In this document: positions 50,141-61,649 of the stretch, piece after piece
Layout: each line of letters opens with the position of its first letter
How positions within the stretch are numbered: position 1 is the first letter of the stretch
Assembly: GCA_963705305.1 (NCBI GenBank)
Contig: OY970067.1
Coordinates: 1,696,001-1,760,000, forward strand
Source of the DNA: an uncultured Methylomirabilota bacterium
GTDB taxonomy: Bacteria > Methylomirabilota > Methylomirabilia > Methylomirabilales > 2-02-FULL-66-22
Length of the DNA stretch: 64,000 bases
Direction: 5' to 3'
Notes under the pieces: model-generated
The model's input: only the letters and a program-made list of their open reading frames with translations
The model's database searches: none
Told to the model about the DNA's origin: nothing
Made by a program: the position numbers and the translations under genes

Positions 50141-50658
50141 AGCTGTCTTCGGGCCGGGCCAAAAAACCTCGGGCGAGGCCGCATGAGAGCCCCGCCCGGT
50201 TAGCTGTTGACGATGAGGCGGCTCGGTTTGGCGGGGCCGAGACGCCCGCGTTCTGATCCCCCGGCCGGCGACTGCGGGGGCCGGTCCGGGTCACTCAGAC
50301 GCTGCCGTGGCTGGCTTCGAATTATCGAGGGGAATCAGCCGCCGGCGTGATGTTTCCAATCTCTCGGGGGACTCCTTTCTCCGTGAGATCCAAGATTGGC
50401 CCGCCTCATTCGACCTGGCACACTGGGATTCCGTCGTATCATCTTGCCCCCTCCCGGCGAGGCATCCCTTCAAGGGGGATGTTTCGCTCGCCTCGACGAC
50501 GGTGCTGCCCACTTGCCGGTGCGAGATCAACGTAGTGCCATCAATGATTGAATGCAAGTAAAAAAGATACAAAAGGTATTGTACAGATCGGCGTGGCCCA
50601 GCATGTATCCAGAAAGAGGTGAGGCCGTAGCCGGCAGGGAGGGGTTTGCCGGCTTTCG

Positions 50659-51411
50659 TTACCCGATCAGGCGAATGGCCAGGAACCCCATCAGGATCAC
50701 GCCGCCCAGGGCCAGCGCCACCACATCCCTCTGCTGGAAGCCGATCTCGAGATAGGAAGTCCGCCGTCTCCGCGCTCCGAATCCCCGCGATTCGAGCGCC
50801 TTGGCCAGCTGGTCGGTGCTGCGAAGCGTCTGGAGGAGGATCGGCACCAGGAGAGGGATGTACGCCTTGAGCCGGGCCAGGAATCCTTTCTCCTCGAGGT
50901 CGAGGCCGCGCGAGCGTTGGGCCTCGATGACGGTGGCCGCCGTCCCGATGACTGTGGGCACCATGCGAATCCCGAGAGAGAAGGCGAAGGCGGCCCGGTA
51001 CGGAACCCGCAGGCGGATGAGACCCAGGACGATCTCCTCGATCCGCGTGGCGCTGAGGAAGATCAGGCCCGAGATGATCATCCCGTCGATCTTGATCGCC
51101 GCCCCGACCCCGTACGACAGGCTCTCCAGCGTCACCCGCCAGACCAGCGGCGTTGTCCCGCGCGCGACGACCGACCAGGTCACGATGGAAAAGACGGCGA
51201 TCCCGGCCAGGAGAGGCCAGATCCGCCGCAGGTTCCCCAGGGTCCCGCCCAGCGCCCCGTAGAGCAGCAGGATCCCCAGGAGGGCGGCGAGCGGCCCCGG
51301 CCGGGAGAACATCACCGCGGCGACGAAGCTCTCCAGCATCAGGAAGAGCTTCGTCCGGGGATCCAGCCGGTGGACCGGGCTGGCCGTGTCCACGTAGAGG
51401 AACAGATTCAT
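50659..51411 (-). CDS. ecfT: ECF transporter transmembrane T component
   Basis: HRLDPRTK, AQRSRG and ALESRG twin motifs. Confidence 0.92.
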   Translation of the reverse strand: MNLFLYVDTASPVHRLDPRTKLFLMLESFVAAVMFSRPGPLAALLGILLLYGALGGTLGNLRRIWPLLAGIAVFSIVTWSVVARGTTPLVWRVTLESLSYGVGAAIKIDGMIISGLIFLSATRIEEIVLGLIRLRVPYRAAFAFSLGIRMVPTVIGTAATVIEAQRSRGLDLEEKGFLARLKAYIPLLVPILLQTLRSTDQLAKALESRGFGARRRRTSYLEIGFQQRDVVALALGGVILMGFLAIRLIG

Positions 51412-53093
51412 GGCCCGGCCTCGCGGGTCAGCGCACCCACCAGCTCCTCCTGGCTGAGGGCCGGGACGCCGAGACGGTTCGCCACCTGGACGACCGGAGG
51501 CGGGGTGAGCCCCAGGCCGGCCAGGCGCGCCTCGTCCGCGAAGACGTCGCGGGTGGGCCCGTCGGCCGCGATGCGTCCGTCCTGCATCAGCACGGTCCGG
51601 CGGGCATGGGCGGCCGCGACGTCCATGGCGTGGGTGATGATGACGATGGTGTAGCCGGCCTCGTTGAGCCGCCGGATCAGCCCCATCATGCCCTGGAGCT
51701 CGCGGTGGTCCAGGCCGGTTGTGGGCTCGTCCAGGATGATAACCTCCGGCTGCGTGGCCAGGACCCCGGCGACGGCCACGCGCTGCCGCCCTCCCTTCGT
51801 GAGGATGAAGGGGTCCGCGTCCTCGTACCCCGACAGCCCCACGGCCTCGAGCGCCTCCCCGACGCGACGGGCGACCTCCGGCCCGGAGAGCCCCTGGAGG
51901 CGGGGACCGAACGCGACCTCCTCCCGGATCCGCTCGGCGAAGATCTGGTGATCCGGGTTCTGGAAGACCAGGCCCACCTGCCGGCTGATGCCCGCGGCGG
52001 ATTGTCCCGCCAGGCCCCGGCCCAAGAGGCGGACCTCTCCCGCGGTCGGCTTGAGGATGCCGTTCAGGTGTTTGACCAGGGTCGTCTTGCCGCTCCCGTT
52101 CTGACCGAGGATCGCCACGAATTCGCCCCGGCCGATCCTGAGGGACACACCCTGAAGGGCGGCGGTCCCGTCCGGGTAGCGATGGGTCAGATCCCGAACC
52201 TCCAGAAGAGGCTCCCCGGACGCCGGGCGGGCGTCCGCCGCCCGCAGCCGGTCGATCGCCTGGGGGTCGGCGCGCCGGCCCGACCGCCGGATGGCGGTCG
52301 CCGCCTCCTGGGGATCGGCCCAGGGCCCGGCGAGGCCCAGGGCCCGCGCCAGGCGCGCCAGGCTGAAGGGCTTGACGCCCAGGGCCTCCAGGCGGTGCGG
52401 GATGGGCCAGAGCGTTTCCGGCGCGCCCTCCAGGACGATCCGTCCTTCCTCCAGGACCATCAGGCGATCCAGCCCTGCCAGCGCGTCGGTCTCGGGATCG
52501 ATCAGGATCAGGGTGAGCGGCCGGTCGCGCCGCAGCAGGGCGACGGCCTCCATGAGGTCCCGCCGTCCTGCCGGATCCAGGTCGCTGGCCGGCTCGTCCA
52601 GCACCAGCGCCCGGGGGGCGAGGGCCAGCACCGAGGCCAGGGCCAGGCGCTGCTTCTGGCCCCCCGACAGGGCGGCCGGCGACTTGTGATGGAGACCCGC
52701 CAGGCCGGTCAGGCGCAGGCAGTCCTCCACCCGGCGGACGATCTCCTCCCGAGGGACTCCCAGGTTCTCCGGGCCGAAGGCGGCCTCCAGCGCCACGGTG
52801 GTGGAGAAGAGCTGGGCCTCGAAGTCCTGGAAGACGAAGCCGATGGTCTCGGCCAGATCGCGGGGACGCCTGGCGCCCACGTCCTCGCCCGCCACCAGGA
52901 CCCGCCCGCGCATCTCGCCGCGGACGAGATGCGGGATCGTGCCGTTGAGGGTTGCCGCCAGCGTCGAGCGGCCGGCGCCGCTGGCGCCCAGGAGTCCCAC
53001 GGACTCCCCGACCGCGACCTGGCAGGTCACGTCGCGCAGGGCGGGCGAGGCGGCGGCGCGGTAGCGGAAGGCGACGTTCTCGAGATGGATCAC
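51408..53093 (-). CDS. ECF transporter duplicated ATPase (A-A' fusion)
   Basis: Two ABC domains: GASGAGRST/LSGGQ/LDEP and GQNGSGKT/LTKGG/LDEP. Confidence 0.92.
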   Translation of the reverse strand: MIHLENVAFRYRAAASPALRDVTCQVAVGESVGLLGASGAGRSTLAATLNGTIPHLVRGEMRGRVLVAGEDVGARRPRDLAETIGFVFQDFEAQLFSTTVALEAAFGPENLGVPREEIVRRVEDCLRLTGLAGLHHKSPAALSGGQKQRLALASVLALAPRALVLDEPASDLDPAGRRDLMEAVALLRRDRPLTLILIDPETDALAGLDRLMVLEEGRIVLEGAPETLWPIPHRLEALGVKPFSLARLARALGLAGPWADPQEAATAIRRSGRRADPQAIDRLRAADARPASGEPLLEVRDLTHRYPDGTAALQGVSLRIGRGEFVAILGQNGSGKTTLVKHLNGILKPTAGEVRLLGRGLAGQSAAGISRQVGLVFQNPDHQIFAERIREEVAFGPRLQGLSGPEVARRVGEALEAVGLSGYEDADPFILTKGGRQRVAVAGVLATQPEVIILDEPTTGLDHRELQGMMGLIRRLNEAGYTIVIITHAMDVAAAHARRTVLMQDGRIAADGPTRDVFADEARLAGLGLTPPPVVQVANRLGVPALSQEELVGALTREAGP

Positions 53094-53175
53094 GCCGGGA
53101 CCCCTCGGCGGCGTTCGGCGCGACCGGGGCCGGCTGCAGCAGCCCGTCGGCACGGAACGGTCGGCCCGGCCGCGC

Positions 53176-53964
53176 TCATGCCAGCCAACAGCCCACGAGG
53201 AAGAGCAGGAGGGAGGGGAGGGCGCCCAGGGCGACCCCCAGGCCGGTGCTGCCGGTCCCGAACCGGAACGGCAGCGCGGCGTAGAGCCCCGTGGAGATCA
53301 GCAGGCCGATCGCCAGGGCGCTGACACCTCCGATCCACATCAGCACGACGCCGATCCAGGGATAGGCCGGCCGGGAGATCTCATCGGGCTCCAGGATCTC
53401 GGTCCAGAGGATGTCCCACCGCCTGGCGCGCGGGAACATCAGCCACACCAGGAATGGTCCCAGGATCGCCGCCCAGAGGAAGTTGTTGAGGGTGATGACG
53501 GAGGCCAGGATCCCGAAGGGCACCAGTCCGAAGAGATCCGTGCCGTAGGCGACGATCGCGGCGCAGACGCCGCTGGCCAGGAAGGCGACCAGCAGATACT
53601 CGAGGAGCCAGCGCCCCGAGCGGCTGTCCAACGGCTGCCGCGAGGAGAGGAGCCCCATCCGGCCCCAGAGCTTGTAGGGGATGTACCCGTAGAAGAAGTT
53701 CCCGATGAAGCCGCCGATGCTGCCCAGGCCCAGCGTCCCGAAGAAGTCCCCGATGAGGTTCCCGAACGCCGAGCCCCAGGCGGCCGCCGGCCCGAACAGC
53801 AGGCTGAAGACCACGGGAATGGCATTGGCGGGCCGGAGCTCCGTGAAGCCGGGAATGAGGGGAATGCCCTTGAGGGGGATCAGGACGGCGGCATAGACGG
53901 CGGCGGTGAGGGCCACCAGGACCACCATCTTGGTGTGGCGCCACATCGTGAAGACTTCGCGCAT
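53176..53964 (-). CDS. ECF S component, QueT-like family
   Basis: LTAAVYA, ELRPANA, FGPAAAWG, GNLIGD; in operon with T and A components. Confidence 0.8.
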   Translation of the reverse strand: MREVFTMWRHTKMVVLVALTAAVYAAVLIPLKGIPLIPGFTELRPANAIPVVFSLLFGPAAAWGSAFGNLIGDFFGTLGLGSIGGFIGNFFYGYIPYKLWGRMGLLSSRQPLDSRSGRWLLEYLLVAFLASGVCAAIVAYGTDLFGLVPFGILASVITLNNFLWAAILGPFLVWLMFPRARRWDILWTEILEPDEISRPAYPWIGVVLMWIGGVSALAIGLLISTGLYAALPFRFGTGSTGLGVALGALPSLLLFLVGCWLA

Positions 53965-54021
53965 GGAGGGGTCCTCTTCCTTCTTCTGCCCCGCGGCGGC
54001 GCCCGGCGGGGAACCGGCCGT

Positions 54022-54050
54022 AGGCTATCCAGGCCCCCCGGAGGTGTCAA
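54022..54050 (-). promoter_or_regulatory. Putative sigma70 promoter of the ECF operon
   Basis: TTGACA-17 nt-TAGCCT. Confidence 0.55.
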
Positions 54051-54366
54051 GGCGAATCCCGCGCGGCCGGCACCCGGGCGCGATCGTTCCAGCCAGTGAC
54101 CCGGACGTGGAACGGTCCCCTTCGCTCCGAGCAACGCGACTACTACACCGCATCCGCTGGCCCTGCAGGTCTAGCTCCTCCGGCCCGACCCGAGACGCTG
54201 CGCCCGCGGACCAGCCGGGGACGGGCGCCTCGCAGGGGTCCGGGAGAGAGGACGCCGGGGCCTTTCTCCTTGCGCCCGGCATTCCCCCGTGGATAGAATG
54301 GCTCGAGGGGAAGGCAGCGTGGCACGCAGCATCCCACTGCACGTTTCGCGACAGGGAGAGTGGCGC

Positions 54367-54783
54367 ATGGCCGATTGCATCTTCTGCAGGATCGTGGCGG
54401 GCGAGGCCAAGGCCGACGTGATCTACGAGAACGAGAGCGTGCTGGCGTTCCTGGATATCCACCCGGCCTCCCGGGGCCACACCATGGTGATTCCCAAGCG
54501 GCACGCCGAGGGGCTGGACCACCTCGAGGACGGGCAGGTGGGGCCGCTGTTCCTGGGGGTCAAGGCCGTGATGGCGCTCCTGCACGCCGCCCTGAAGCCG
54601 GCGGGGATGAACGTGGGGTGGAACCACGGCTGGGCGGCGGGCCAGCATGTGAATCACCTGCACGTCCATCTCATCCCGCGCTACGCGGGCGACGGCGGCG
54701 GCGGCATCCAGTCGCTGATCCGGAGCTCCGCCAAGGAGGACCTGGCCAGCGTGGCCGCCCAGATCAAGGCGGCGGCCAGATAG
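54367..54783 (+). CDS. HIT-family nucleotide hydrolase
   Basis: DCIFCRI, AFLDIHP..GH, HLHVH triad. Confidence 0.95.
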   Translation: MADCIFCRIVAGEAKADVIYENESVLAFLDIHPASRGHTMVIPKRHAEGLDHLEDGQVGPLFLGVKAVMALLHAALKPAGMNVGWNHGWAAGQHVNHLHVHLIPRYAGDGGGGIQSLIRSSAKEDLASVAAQIKAAAR

Positions 54784-54864
54784 GGCCCTCCCCTGCTCCG
54801 CCAGCCCACCGCCGTCCCCGGAGTCCGGGGATCCCGTCCGACACCGCGGGCCCGGGGGCCCCGC

Positions 54865-55587
54865 TTACCGGCCGAAGACCTGCTTCAGAAGATCCGTGAC
54901 CCGCGCGGCGGGGTCGGTCCGGATCTTCTTCTCTTCCTGGGCCAGCATGTAGAAGAGGCCGTCCAGCGCCTTGGTCACGACGTAGTGATCCACGTCGAGG
55001 CTCTCGGTCTTGACGAAGGGAATGGCTTGAAAGCGGCCCACCAGCTCCTTGTATCGTCGGGTCACCCCCACCTCGTCGGTCGCCTGGCGGACGATGGGAG
55101 TGAATGCCTCCACCAGCCGGTCCGTCGTCTTTCGCTTGAAGTATTCCGTGGCCGCGGTGTCGCCTCCCCCCAGGATCTGGCGGGCATCCTCGAAGGTCAT
55201 CTGGCCGATGGTGTCCCAGAAGATCTGCTTGGCCGCCGGCGCCGCCCGCTCGGCGGCCCGGTTCATGCTCAGGACGAACTCGTCGACCTGCGGACCGTAT
55301 CCCACGGCGCGCAGCCCCTCCTCCAGCGTGCGCAGCTTCTCGGGCATGAGAATCTTGATGGCCTCGTTTCGGAAGTAGCCGTCCGGCCGTCCGGTCAGAC
55401 TGACCGCGTTGGCCGTCCCGATGTGCAAGGCTTCCTTGAGGCCGGAGGCTATTCGGGCGTCGCTCGGTCCGGACGGCTGGCCCAGGCCGAGGCCTCCCAG
55501 CCCCTTGAGAATCTGGTCCATCTGCCCCCAGGCCGGCGCCGCCAGCAGGCTCACCAGGACCCCGACCGCCAGTGCGCACCGCGGCAT
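54865..55587 (-). CDS. DUF4197 domain exported protein
   Basis: Signal peptide; [19 protein letters not shown]...EEKKIRTDP. Confidence 0.85.
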   Translation of the reverse strand: MPRCALAVGVLVSLLAAPAWGQMDQILKGLGGLGLGQPSGPSDARIASGLKEALHIGTANAVSLTGRPDGYFRNEAIKILMPEKLRTLEEGLRAVGYGPQVDEFVLSMNRAAERAAPAAKQIFWDTIGQMTFEDARQILGGGDTAATEYFKRKTTDRLVEAFTPIVRQATDEVGVTRRYKELVGRFQAIPFVKTESLDVDHYVVTKALDGLFYMLAQEEKKIRTDPAARVTDLLKQVFGR

Positions 55588-55797
55588 TCTCACCTTGCCT
55601 CCTCCGTTCCCACGCATCCCCCGCGTGATTCGGCCCCATTCCTGAGAACTCTCACCGCCAAGGCGCCAAACGTAAGCGTATGGGCCGTGCGCCTCGACGT
55701 CAAGCCTCCGGCGTGTGCGGGTGCGGCGGACGCAGCATGAACGGGCCCCGCAGGTTGGACTTGACAGGCTAGCAGATGGACTGAAAGAATCCCCGCC

Positions 55798-57009
55798 ATG
55801 TCCACGCCCCGCGCACGCGCCACGCTGGCGACCAGCTGCACGATCCACTGCCTGCACGACGGCTTTTCCGATCTTCTGTACGTGCTGTTTCCGGTGTGGG
55901 CCCGGGAATTCTCGCTGTCGTTCGCCCAGGTCGGCCTGCTGAAGACCGGCTACTCCGGGGCGCTGTCCTTGTTCCAGCTCCCCGCGGGCCTGCTGGCGGA
56001 ACGGGTGGGCGAGACGCGGCTGCTGGCGGCCGGGACGGCGTTGACGGCCCTGGGTTTTCTCTTCCTCGGCACCGCCGGCGGCTTCGCGGGCCTGCTCTTC
56101 ATCCTGGTGGCGGCCGGGCTGGGCTCGGGAGTGCAGCATCCGCTGTCTTCCTCCCTCGTGTCCCTGGCCTACGAGGGAGGGCCCCAACGCGTTGCGCTCG
56201 GCACCTTCAACTTCTCGGGGGACGTGGGGAAGACGCTCTTCCCCGCCTGCGTGGCCTTGGCGACCGGCTGGATCGGCTGGCGCTGGACGACGCGCGGCAT
56301 CGGCGGTCTCGGGATGCTGGCCGCCCTGGCCATCCTGGTGATCCTGTCGCGCCTGGCTCCGCCCCCGCCCCCCCACGCCAAAAAGGACCCTGCCGCCGGG
56401 GCCACAGCGGGCTGGGGAATCCGGGACCGCCGCGGCTTCGAGCTGCTGTCGGCGATTCACGGCATCGACAACGGCACCCGCACCGCCTTTCTCACCTACC
56501 TGCCGTTCCTGCTGCTCGGCAAAGGGGCCCCGTTCGATATCATGGGGCTGGCGCTCGGCCTGACCTTCATGGGGGGCGCCGCCGGCAAGTTCCTGTGCGG
56601 GGCCCTGGCCGAGCGCCTGGGGATCATTCGCACCGTGATCCTTACCGAGGCGGCCACCGGCCTGGGCATCCTGCTCCTCGTCCTGGTGACCTTCCATCCC
56701 GCGTTGTTCGTCCTGCCCTTTCTCGGGGTCGTACTGAACGGCACCTCGTCCGTTCTCTACGGCACAGTGGCCGAATTGGTGGTTCCGGAGCGCCGCTCCC
56801 GGGCCTACGGTCTGTTTTACACCGTGGGCATCGGCTCCGGAGCCCTGGCGCCCCCGATCTTCGGCCTGCTGTCCGACCGGGCCGGCGTTCCCACCACACT
56901 GGCGGCCATCGCCCTGCTCGTCTTCGTGACGCTCCCCCTGGCCCACCTCCTCCGCCCCACGCTCCTGGTCGGGACTGCCCGCGCCCAGAGAGTCCACGCA
57001 GCGCGCTAG
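55798..57009 (+). CDS. MFS transporter (Fsr-like)
   Basis: [25 protein letters not shown]; about 12 hydrophobic segments. Confidence 0.88.
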   Translation: MSTPRARATLATSCTIHCLHDGFSDLLYVLFPVWAREFSLSFAQVGLLKTGYSGALSLFQLPAGLLAERVGETRLLAAGTALTALGFLFLGTAGGFAGLLFILVAAGLGSGVQHPLSSSLVSLAYEGGPQRVALGTFNFSGDVGKTLFPACVALATGWIGWRWTTRGIGGLGMLAALAILVILSRLAPPPPPHAKKDPAAGATAGWGIRDRRGFELLSAIHGIDNGTRTAFLTYLPFLLLGKGAPFDIMGLALGLTFMGGAAGKFLCGALAERLGIIRTVILTEAATGLGILLLVLVTFHPALFVLPFLGVVLNGTSSVLYGTVAELVVPERRSRAYGLFYTVGIGSGALAPPIFGLLSDRAGVPTTLAAIALLVFVTLPLAHLLRPTLLVGTARAQRVHAAR

Positions 57010-57219
57010 TCCAATCCCGCGGCTGGGGCGAGTCTTCCGATGCCGCTGCGGGCGGGGAGGACGCTTCGACCGGGGTCGCGAGTGAGCCCGGCGTGCGGCG
57101 TCGCGAGCCGTCCAGACGATGGAGGGACCACCCGGGGAACCCAAGAGCCCCCTCTATGCCGCCGCACGCCTGGGGACCGAGAGGAGGGGCGGGAGAGAGC
57201 CACCGGCCCCTCACGGGGA

Positions 57220-57769
57220 TCACTTCTTTCCGACCGTCGCCAGGTAGATGGCGAACTGTCGCTCGCCGTCGAGGCCGAGCAGGCCGTTCACTTCATCGTC
57301 TTCGAAGGCCGCGATGGCGCAGACGCGCAGCCGATCGCCTCCGCCCTCGCGGCGGTCAGCGCGTGCTCCAGAGCCGAGAAGCGGTACAGGCCGGGCCCCA
57401 GCCCCTGCACCCTGTTCACTAGGACGGAGGTCTCGAACGCGTGCCGGGCTCCCGCGGAGGGGACGGTCCGAGTCGTTCGGACCCCGGGGGCGACCTCCGT
57501 GACCCCCTGGGTACACCAGAGGAGATACGACACCTCCTCCAGCGTCAGCGGGGTCGGCGCGTAGCTTCGCAGCGTCCGCCGCCCCCCGATGATCCGGCGG
57601 AGGCCGGCATCGTCCACCCCGAGATCCCCGGGTTGCGGGGGCGTGTGAGCGCACCGGCCGGATCGCGCGGCAGCTGAAGCGGCGGCTGAGGAATCCCCCT
57701 GGCATGCTCCGAGGGCTGCAGGTGGCGGTACTTTGTCCGCTCCAGGAACTCGCTGCCGATTCCTCCCAC
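57220..57769 (-). pseudogene. SagB/ThcOx-type nitroreductase pseudogene
   Basis: Pieces in three frames: EFLERTKY..., RRTLRSY...LLWCTQG...RTVPSAGARH, CAIAAFEDDEVNGLLGLDG; central segment apparently deleted. Confidence 0.75.
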
Positions 57770-58048
57770 GGTCGGACTCCCTTCCGTTATCGGCGGGCCC
57801 CTCCCTTCCCAGGCTTCGGTAAAAGTGGCCAACCCCGCCGGGGCGCCTGCATCCCGCCGGCACGCTGTCATTGCGACCCGACCGCAGCCGGCAAGGTCTG
57901 CAATTGGCCCTCCGCGCACACGTGAAGGGCGTGAGCGAGACCGGCCGGCGCCCTGTCCCGGAAATGTCAGGGCCCCGCACCCTCCCCGTGCGGGGCCCTG
58001 ACAGCAACATCCTGCCGATTGGCTGCACCGCGCCCGCGCGGCAGATAC

Positions 58049-59296
58049 CTATGCTTTGGCCGTCGCGTGGACCGCGGTCGGGGCTGCGAGGTATTCGGCG
58101 CCGTACACACCCTCCGACTTGCTCACCGCCGCCGTGCAGACCATATCCCCGGTGACGTTCAGGCAGGTGCGCCCCATGTCCAGGATCACGTCGATCCCCG
58201 CGATGAGGGCCAGGCCCTGGATCGGCAGGCCCACCCCCTGCAGGACCATGGCCAGCATGATCAGGCCGGCGCTGGGCACGCCCGCCGTTCCGATGGAGCC
58301 CAGGGTGGCTAGCAGGATGATCATCAGGTACTGGCCGAAGCCGAGATGGACCCCGTAGATCGTCGCGATGAAGAGCGCCGCGATGCCCTGGTAGATCGCC
58401 GTCCCGTCCATGTTGATGGTGGCCCCCAGGGGCAGCGTGAAGCTGAAGATGTCCCGCGGCATGCCCGCCTTCTCCTCCGAGACCCGCATCGTCACCGGGA
58501 GGGTGGCGTTGCTGCTCCGCGTCACGAACGCCATGAAGCTGGCCTCGGACACGGCTGAGAAGAACCGCAGCGGGTTGACCCTGGCGATGAACCGCAGGAT
58601 CGACGTGTAGATGAGCGCCACGTGGACGAGGTAGGCGACGTAGCAGATCAGGATCAGATCGATGAAGGGCAGGAGCACCTCGGCGCCCTGCTTGGCCACC
58701 GTGGCCGCAATGAGCGAGAAAACGCCGATGGGGGCGTACCACATCACGATCATCGTGAGCTTGTACATGGCCTCAGCGCCGCTCTCCGCCATCTTGATCG
58801 CCAGCTGCCCCTTCTCCCCGGCCATGACGGCGGCCAGCCCGAACAGCAGGGCGAAAACGATGATGGGCAGGATGTCGCCCTTCGCCAGCGACTCGACCGG
58901 GTTGGTGGGGACCAGGTTGAGGAGGACTTCTCTCAGGTGGGGAACCGCGGGCGCCTTGTAGCCGGTCACCTCGGCCATCTTCATCCCGGCCCCCACATGG
59001 AAGATCCTGGCCAGGATGAGCCCAATGGTGACCGCAACCGCCGTCGTGGCCAGATAGATGCCGATGATCTTCACCCCCACGCGCCCCAGCTTCATCGGGT
59101 CGCTGATGGAGGCCACCCCTGTCAGCAGCGAGAAGAACACAAGGGGCACGATCAGCATCTTCAAGAGGCGGACGAACAGGTCGCCGAGCCAGCTGATGGA
59201 GAGGCTGGCCTGCTTGAACACGAGACCGAACAGCACACCGACCACGAATCCGATCAGAATGTATCCCAGCAGCCCGATCCTTCTTTCCTGTGCCAT
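58049..59296 (-). CDS. Dicarboxylate/amino acid:cation symporter (DAACS, GltP/GltPh-like)
   Basis: TRSSNATLP, GATINMDG, GTAGVP, DMGRT. Confidence 0.95.
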   Translation of the reverse strand: MAQERRIGLLGYILIGFVVGVLFGLVFKQASLSISWLGDLFVRLLKMLIVPLVFFSLLTGVASISDPMKLGRVGVKIIGIYLATTAVAVTIGLILARIFHVGAGMKMAEVTGYKAPAVPHLREVLLNLVPTNPVESLAKGDILPIIVFALLFGLAAVMAGEKGQLAIKMAESGAEAMYKLTMIVMWYAPIGVFSLIAATVAKQGAEVLLPFIDLILICYVAYLVHVALIYTSILRFIARVNPLRFFSAVSEASFMAFVTRSSNATLPVTMRVSEEKAGMPRDIFSFTLPLGATINMDGTAIYQGIAALFIATIYGVHLGFGQYLMIILLATLGSIGTAGVPSAGLIMLAMVLQGVGLPIQGLALIAGIDVILDMGRTCLNVTGDMVCTAAVSKSEGVYGAEYLAAPTAVHATAKA

Positions 59297-59543
59297 GACT
59301 CTGCCCTCCATACGAATGCCGGCGCGGCCTTGCGGGTCATCAGAAGAAAAAGAAGGCACGCTCCCGGGCCAGGCCGCCCGGACGCATCAGAAAAAAATAG
59401 CCCTCCGGGGCTCCCGCCTCCCCAAAGGGCCGGATATCCATCCGCGCGACCGAGGAACGGAAACGTCCCTGGTCGGCCATTCGCCGTCAGCCGGCATGCC
59501 GTCCCCTTCACCCCTCCGAAGGGCCAGCGTCGAACGCGGCACG

Positions 59544-59577
59544 ACACTATCTCCAACCTCAGGGAATTGTCAAGACG
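59544..59577 (-). promoter_or_regulatory. Putative promoter of the DAACS gene (near-identical to 61650-61683)
   Basis: TTGACA-18 nt-TAGTGT. Confidence 0.55.
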
Positions 59578-59708
59578 GGAAGCGGGATGGGCTCGGCGGG
59601 TAGACAAACGCATCGGTGGCTCTCGATCCTCGATCTGGGCGGCGTCCCGTGGCAGAATCGGCGCGGGGCCCCCGCTGGCCGGCGGAGACCCCGCGCGCCC
59701 TCGCTCCA

Positions 59709-61139
59709 CTACAACCCGAAGAACAGGATGTTCAGGATCAGCATCACGTCACGGAACGTCGAGCCCCGGTACTCCTTGGGCAAAAACTTCCGGTTCAGCC
59801 GGATGGTCAGGGCGGCCGAGGTGGCCATGGTGAAGTTGGCGATGTTGGCGCTGATGGCGAAGATCACCAGGGGCAGCGTGATGTTCACGAAGGCCACCCC
59901 CCAGGCGAAGAACACGACCAGCAGCGTATAGTAGACGCGGCGGATGTCCTCCTTGCCCCAACGGCGGATGCCCTCCACCCCCCACCACAGCATGTCCGTG
60001 GCCTGCCGGACGACCAGGTCCACGTTGCTGATGGCGGTGCTGTACAGGATCCAGAACCCGAAGAACAGCGCCAGGAACCAGCCGAAGTTGCCCAGCTGCT
60101 GGATCAGGCCGCTGGCGGTGGATGCGGCGATGCCCCAGGACGGGAGCTTCTGGCCGTGGGGAAGCGTCGCCACGTACAGGATCCCCGGGAGGAACATGCC
60201 CAGCATGGCGCCGCCGTAGAATATGAACCACTGGTCGATGTTCAGGAGCTTCCACCAGCCCTTGAAGCGGTCCAGGTTCTCCGGCGTCTGCGGGGCGACC
60301 TTGCCGACGTGCGAGACGTGGATCTCCTTGCCGCCCACGGCCGCGGGGATGTAGCCCACCTTGCTGCCCATCCCGTAGCCCTTGTCCCGGTACCAGTTGC
60401 TGATGGCGTTGTTTCCGAAGCCCCCGTACGCCGAGTAACCGACCAGCGCCCCGAGGAGCAGCAGATCCACGCCCTTCGGCACGAAGCCGAACGTGAAAAA
60501 GCCTTTGAAGCCCTCCAACCAGACGGAGCCGGGAACGATATAGAGGTCCAGGAGGAAGAGCCCTCCCAGGACCACGATCATCATGATCCAGTTGGCCCAC
60601 TCCAGCGTCCGCTCGATGGTCTTCCCCAGGCAGATGATCAGACAGCAGGAGGCGAACACGACGTACCCCCAGATGAGCACGGTGCCCTTGTCGGGGGCTC
60701 CCGGAATCCGACCGAGCTGGAAGGCCGCCAGGGCCGTCGCCGCCCCCAGGGCCCATCCCGGCAGGGCGCGCTCCAGGAAGCCCACGATGGTGAACAGCCA
60801 TCCCCAGAAGGCCTTGCCGGGAGCCAGGCGCATGAAGCCTACGGTGACGGGCTCCCCGGTGTAGAGCGTGTAGCGGCACATCTCCAGGTTCAAGAAGACC
60901 TGGAGGATCGAGGACACGGTCGTGATCCAGAGGAGCGCCAGGCCCCACTGGACGAAGAGTGAGGGGCCGACCAGCCATTCACCGCCCCCGATGGTGCCGC
61001 CAAGGGCGATGACGGCCGGCCCTAGGACGGCCATCAACTTTCGGAAGCTCAGGTCTCGCGGTGGGGCCGGAAAGTCGTCTTGCTCAAAGCGCGGACCGCA
61101 ACCCGGGTCCGTTTTGGACAACACTGCCTCCGGACTCAT
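59709..61139 (-). CDS. Nramp-like (APC superfamily) transporter
   Basis: LGPAVIALGGTIGGGEWL, NLEMCRYTLYTGE, WYRDKGYGMG. Confidence 0.75.
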   Translation of the reverse strand: MSPEAVLSKTDPGCGPRFEQDDFPAPPRDLSFRKLMAVLGPAVIALGGTIGGGEWLVGPSLFVQWGLALLWITTVSSILQVFLNLEMCRYTLYTGEPVTVGFMRLAPGKAFWGWLFTIVGFLERALPGWALGAATALAAFQLGRIPGAPDKGTVLIWGYVVFASCCLIICLGKTIERTLEWANWIMMIVVLGGLFLLDLYIVPGSVWLEGFKGFFTFGFVPKGVDLLLLGALVGYSAYGGFGNNAISNWYRDKGYGMGSKVGYIPAAVGGKEIHVSHVGKVAPQTPENLDRFKGWWKLLNIDQWFIFYGGAMLGMFLPGILYVATLPHGQKLPSWGIAASTASGLIQQLGNFGWFLALFFGFWILYSTAISNVDLVVRQATDMLWWGVEGIRRWGKEDIRRVYYTLLVVFFAWGVAFVNITLPLVIFAISANIANFTMATSAALTIRLNRKFLPKEYRGSTFRDVMLILNILFFGL

Positions 61140-61649
61140 GGCTGCCTTTCCTCCTCATCCCCACGGGGACGTCTCCCCCCGGGGACAATCCACCCTTTCG
61201 GTGCGGTACGCCCCCCGATTAGCCCATCCCCTCCTTTCTGCCCGTGCCCCTCTGCCTGGGGCAGCCGCGGGCGAAGGTGTTATTCACGGCAACCGACGCC
61301 CCGGATCGCTGTCCACTCCCGGACCGGCCGGGGCAGGCGCCACCCATGCGGCGTCACCGGGGGCTCGCGGCGCCTGTATGGCCCGCCCGTGCCGCGCCCA
61401 AGCCAGCACCGGAAATGCGGCGCCGCATCCCAGTCACGCTCCGAGAAAGTCCATGGTGGCGCACGGTTAGACGGATCTTCTTCAAAATAGCGCGGCCCCC
61501 TGGGCCTGCTGTTCGCCCAAGGGGCCGTGGTAGAGTCCGCGCCGCGCCCGATGGTGGTGCGCGCACGAATCCTTTCCGATAATATGGGATCCCCGCGAGC
61601 AGGCATCCTGCCTCCGCATAATCTGAACGTTGATCAAGATTTTGCTAAA

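Noticed and set aside
53965..54130. preQ1 riboswitch upstream of the QueT-like gene
   Set aside because: Short GC-rich leader without the A-rich tail or conserved loop of preQ1 aptamers
61140..61645. Purine or Mn (yybP-ykoY) riboswitch in the long leader
   Set aside because: Only a CTCTACC fragment and one hairpin; core consensus not recognisable by eye
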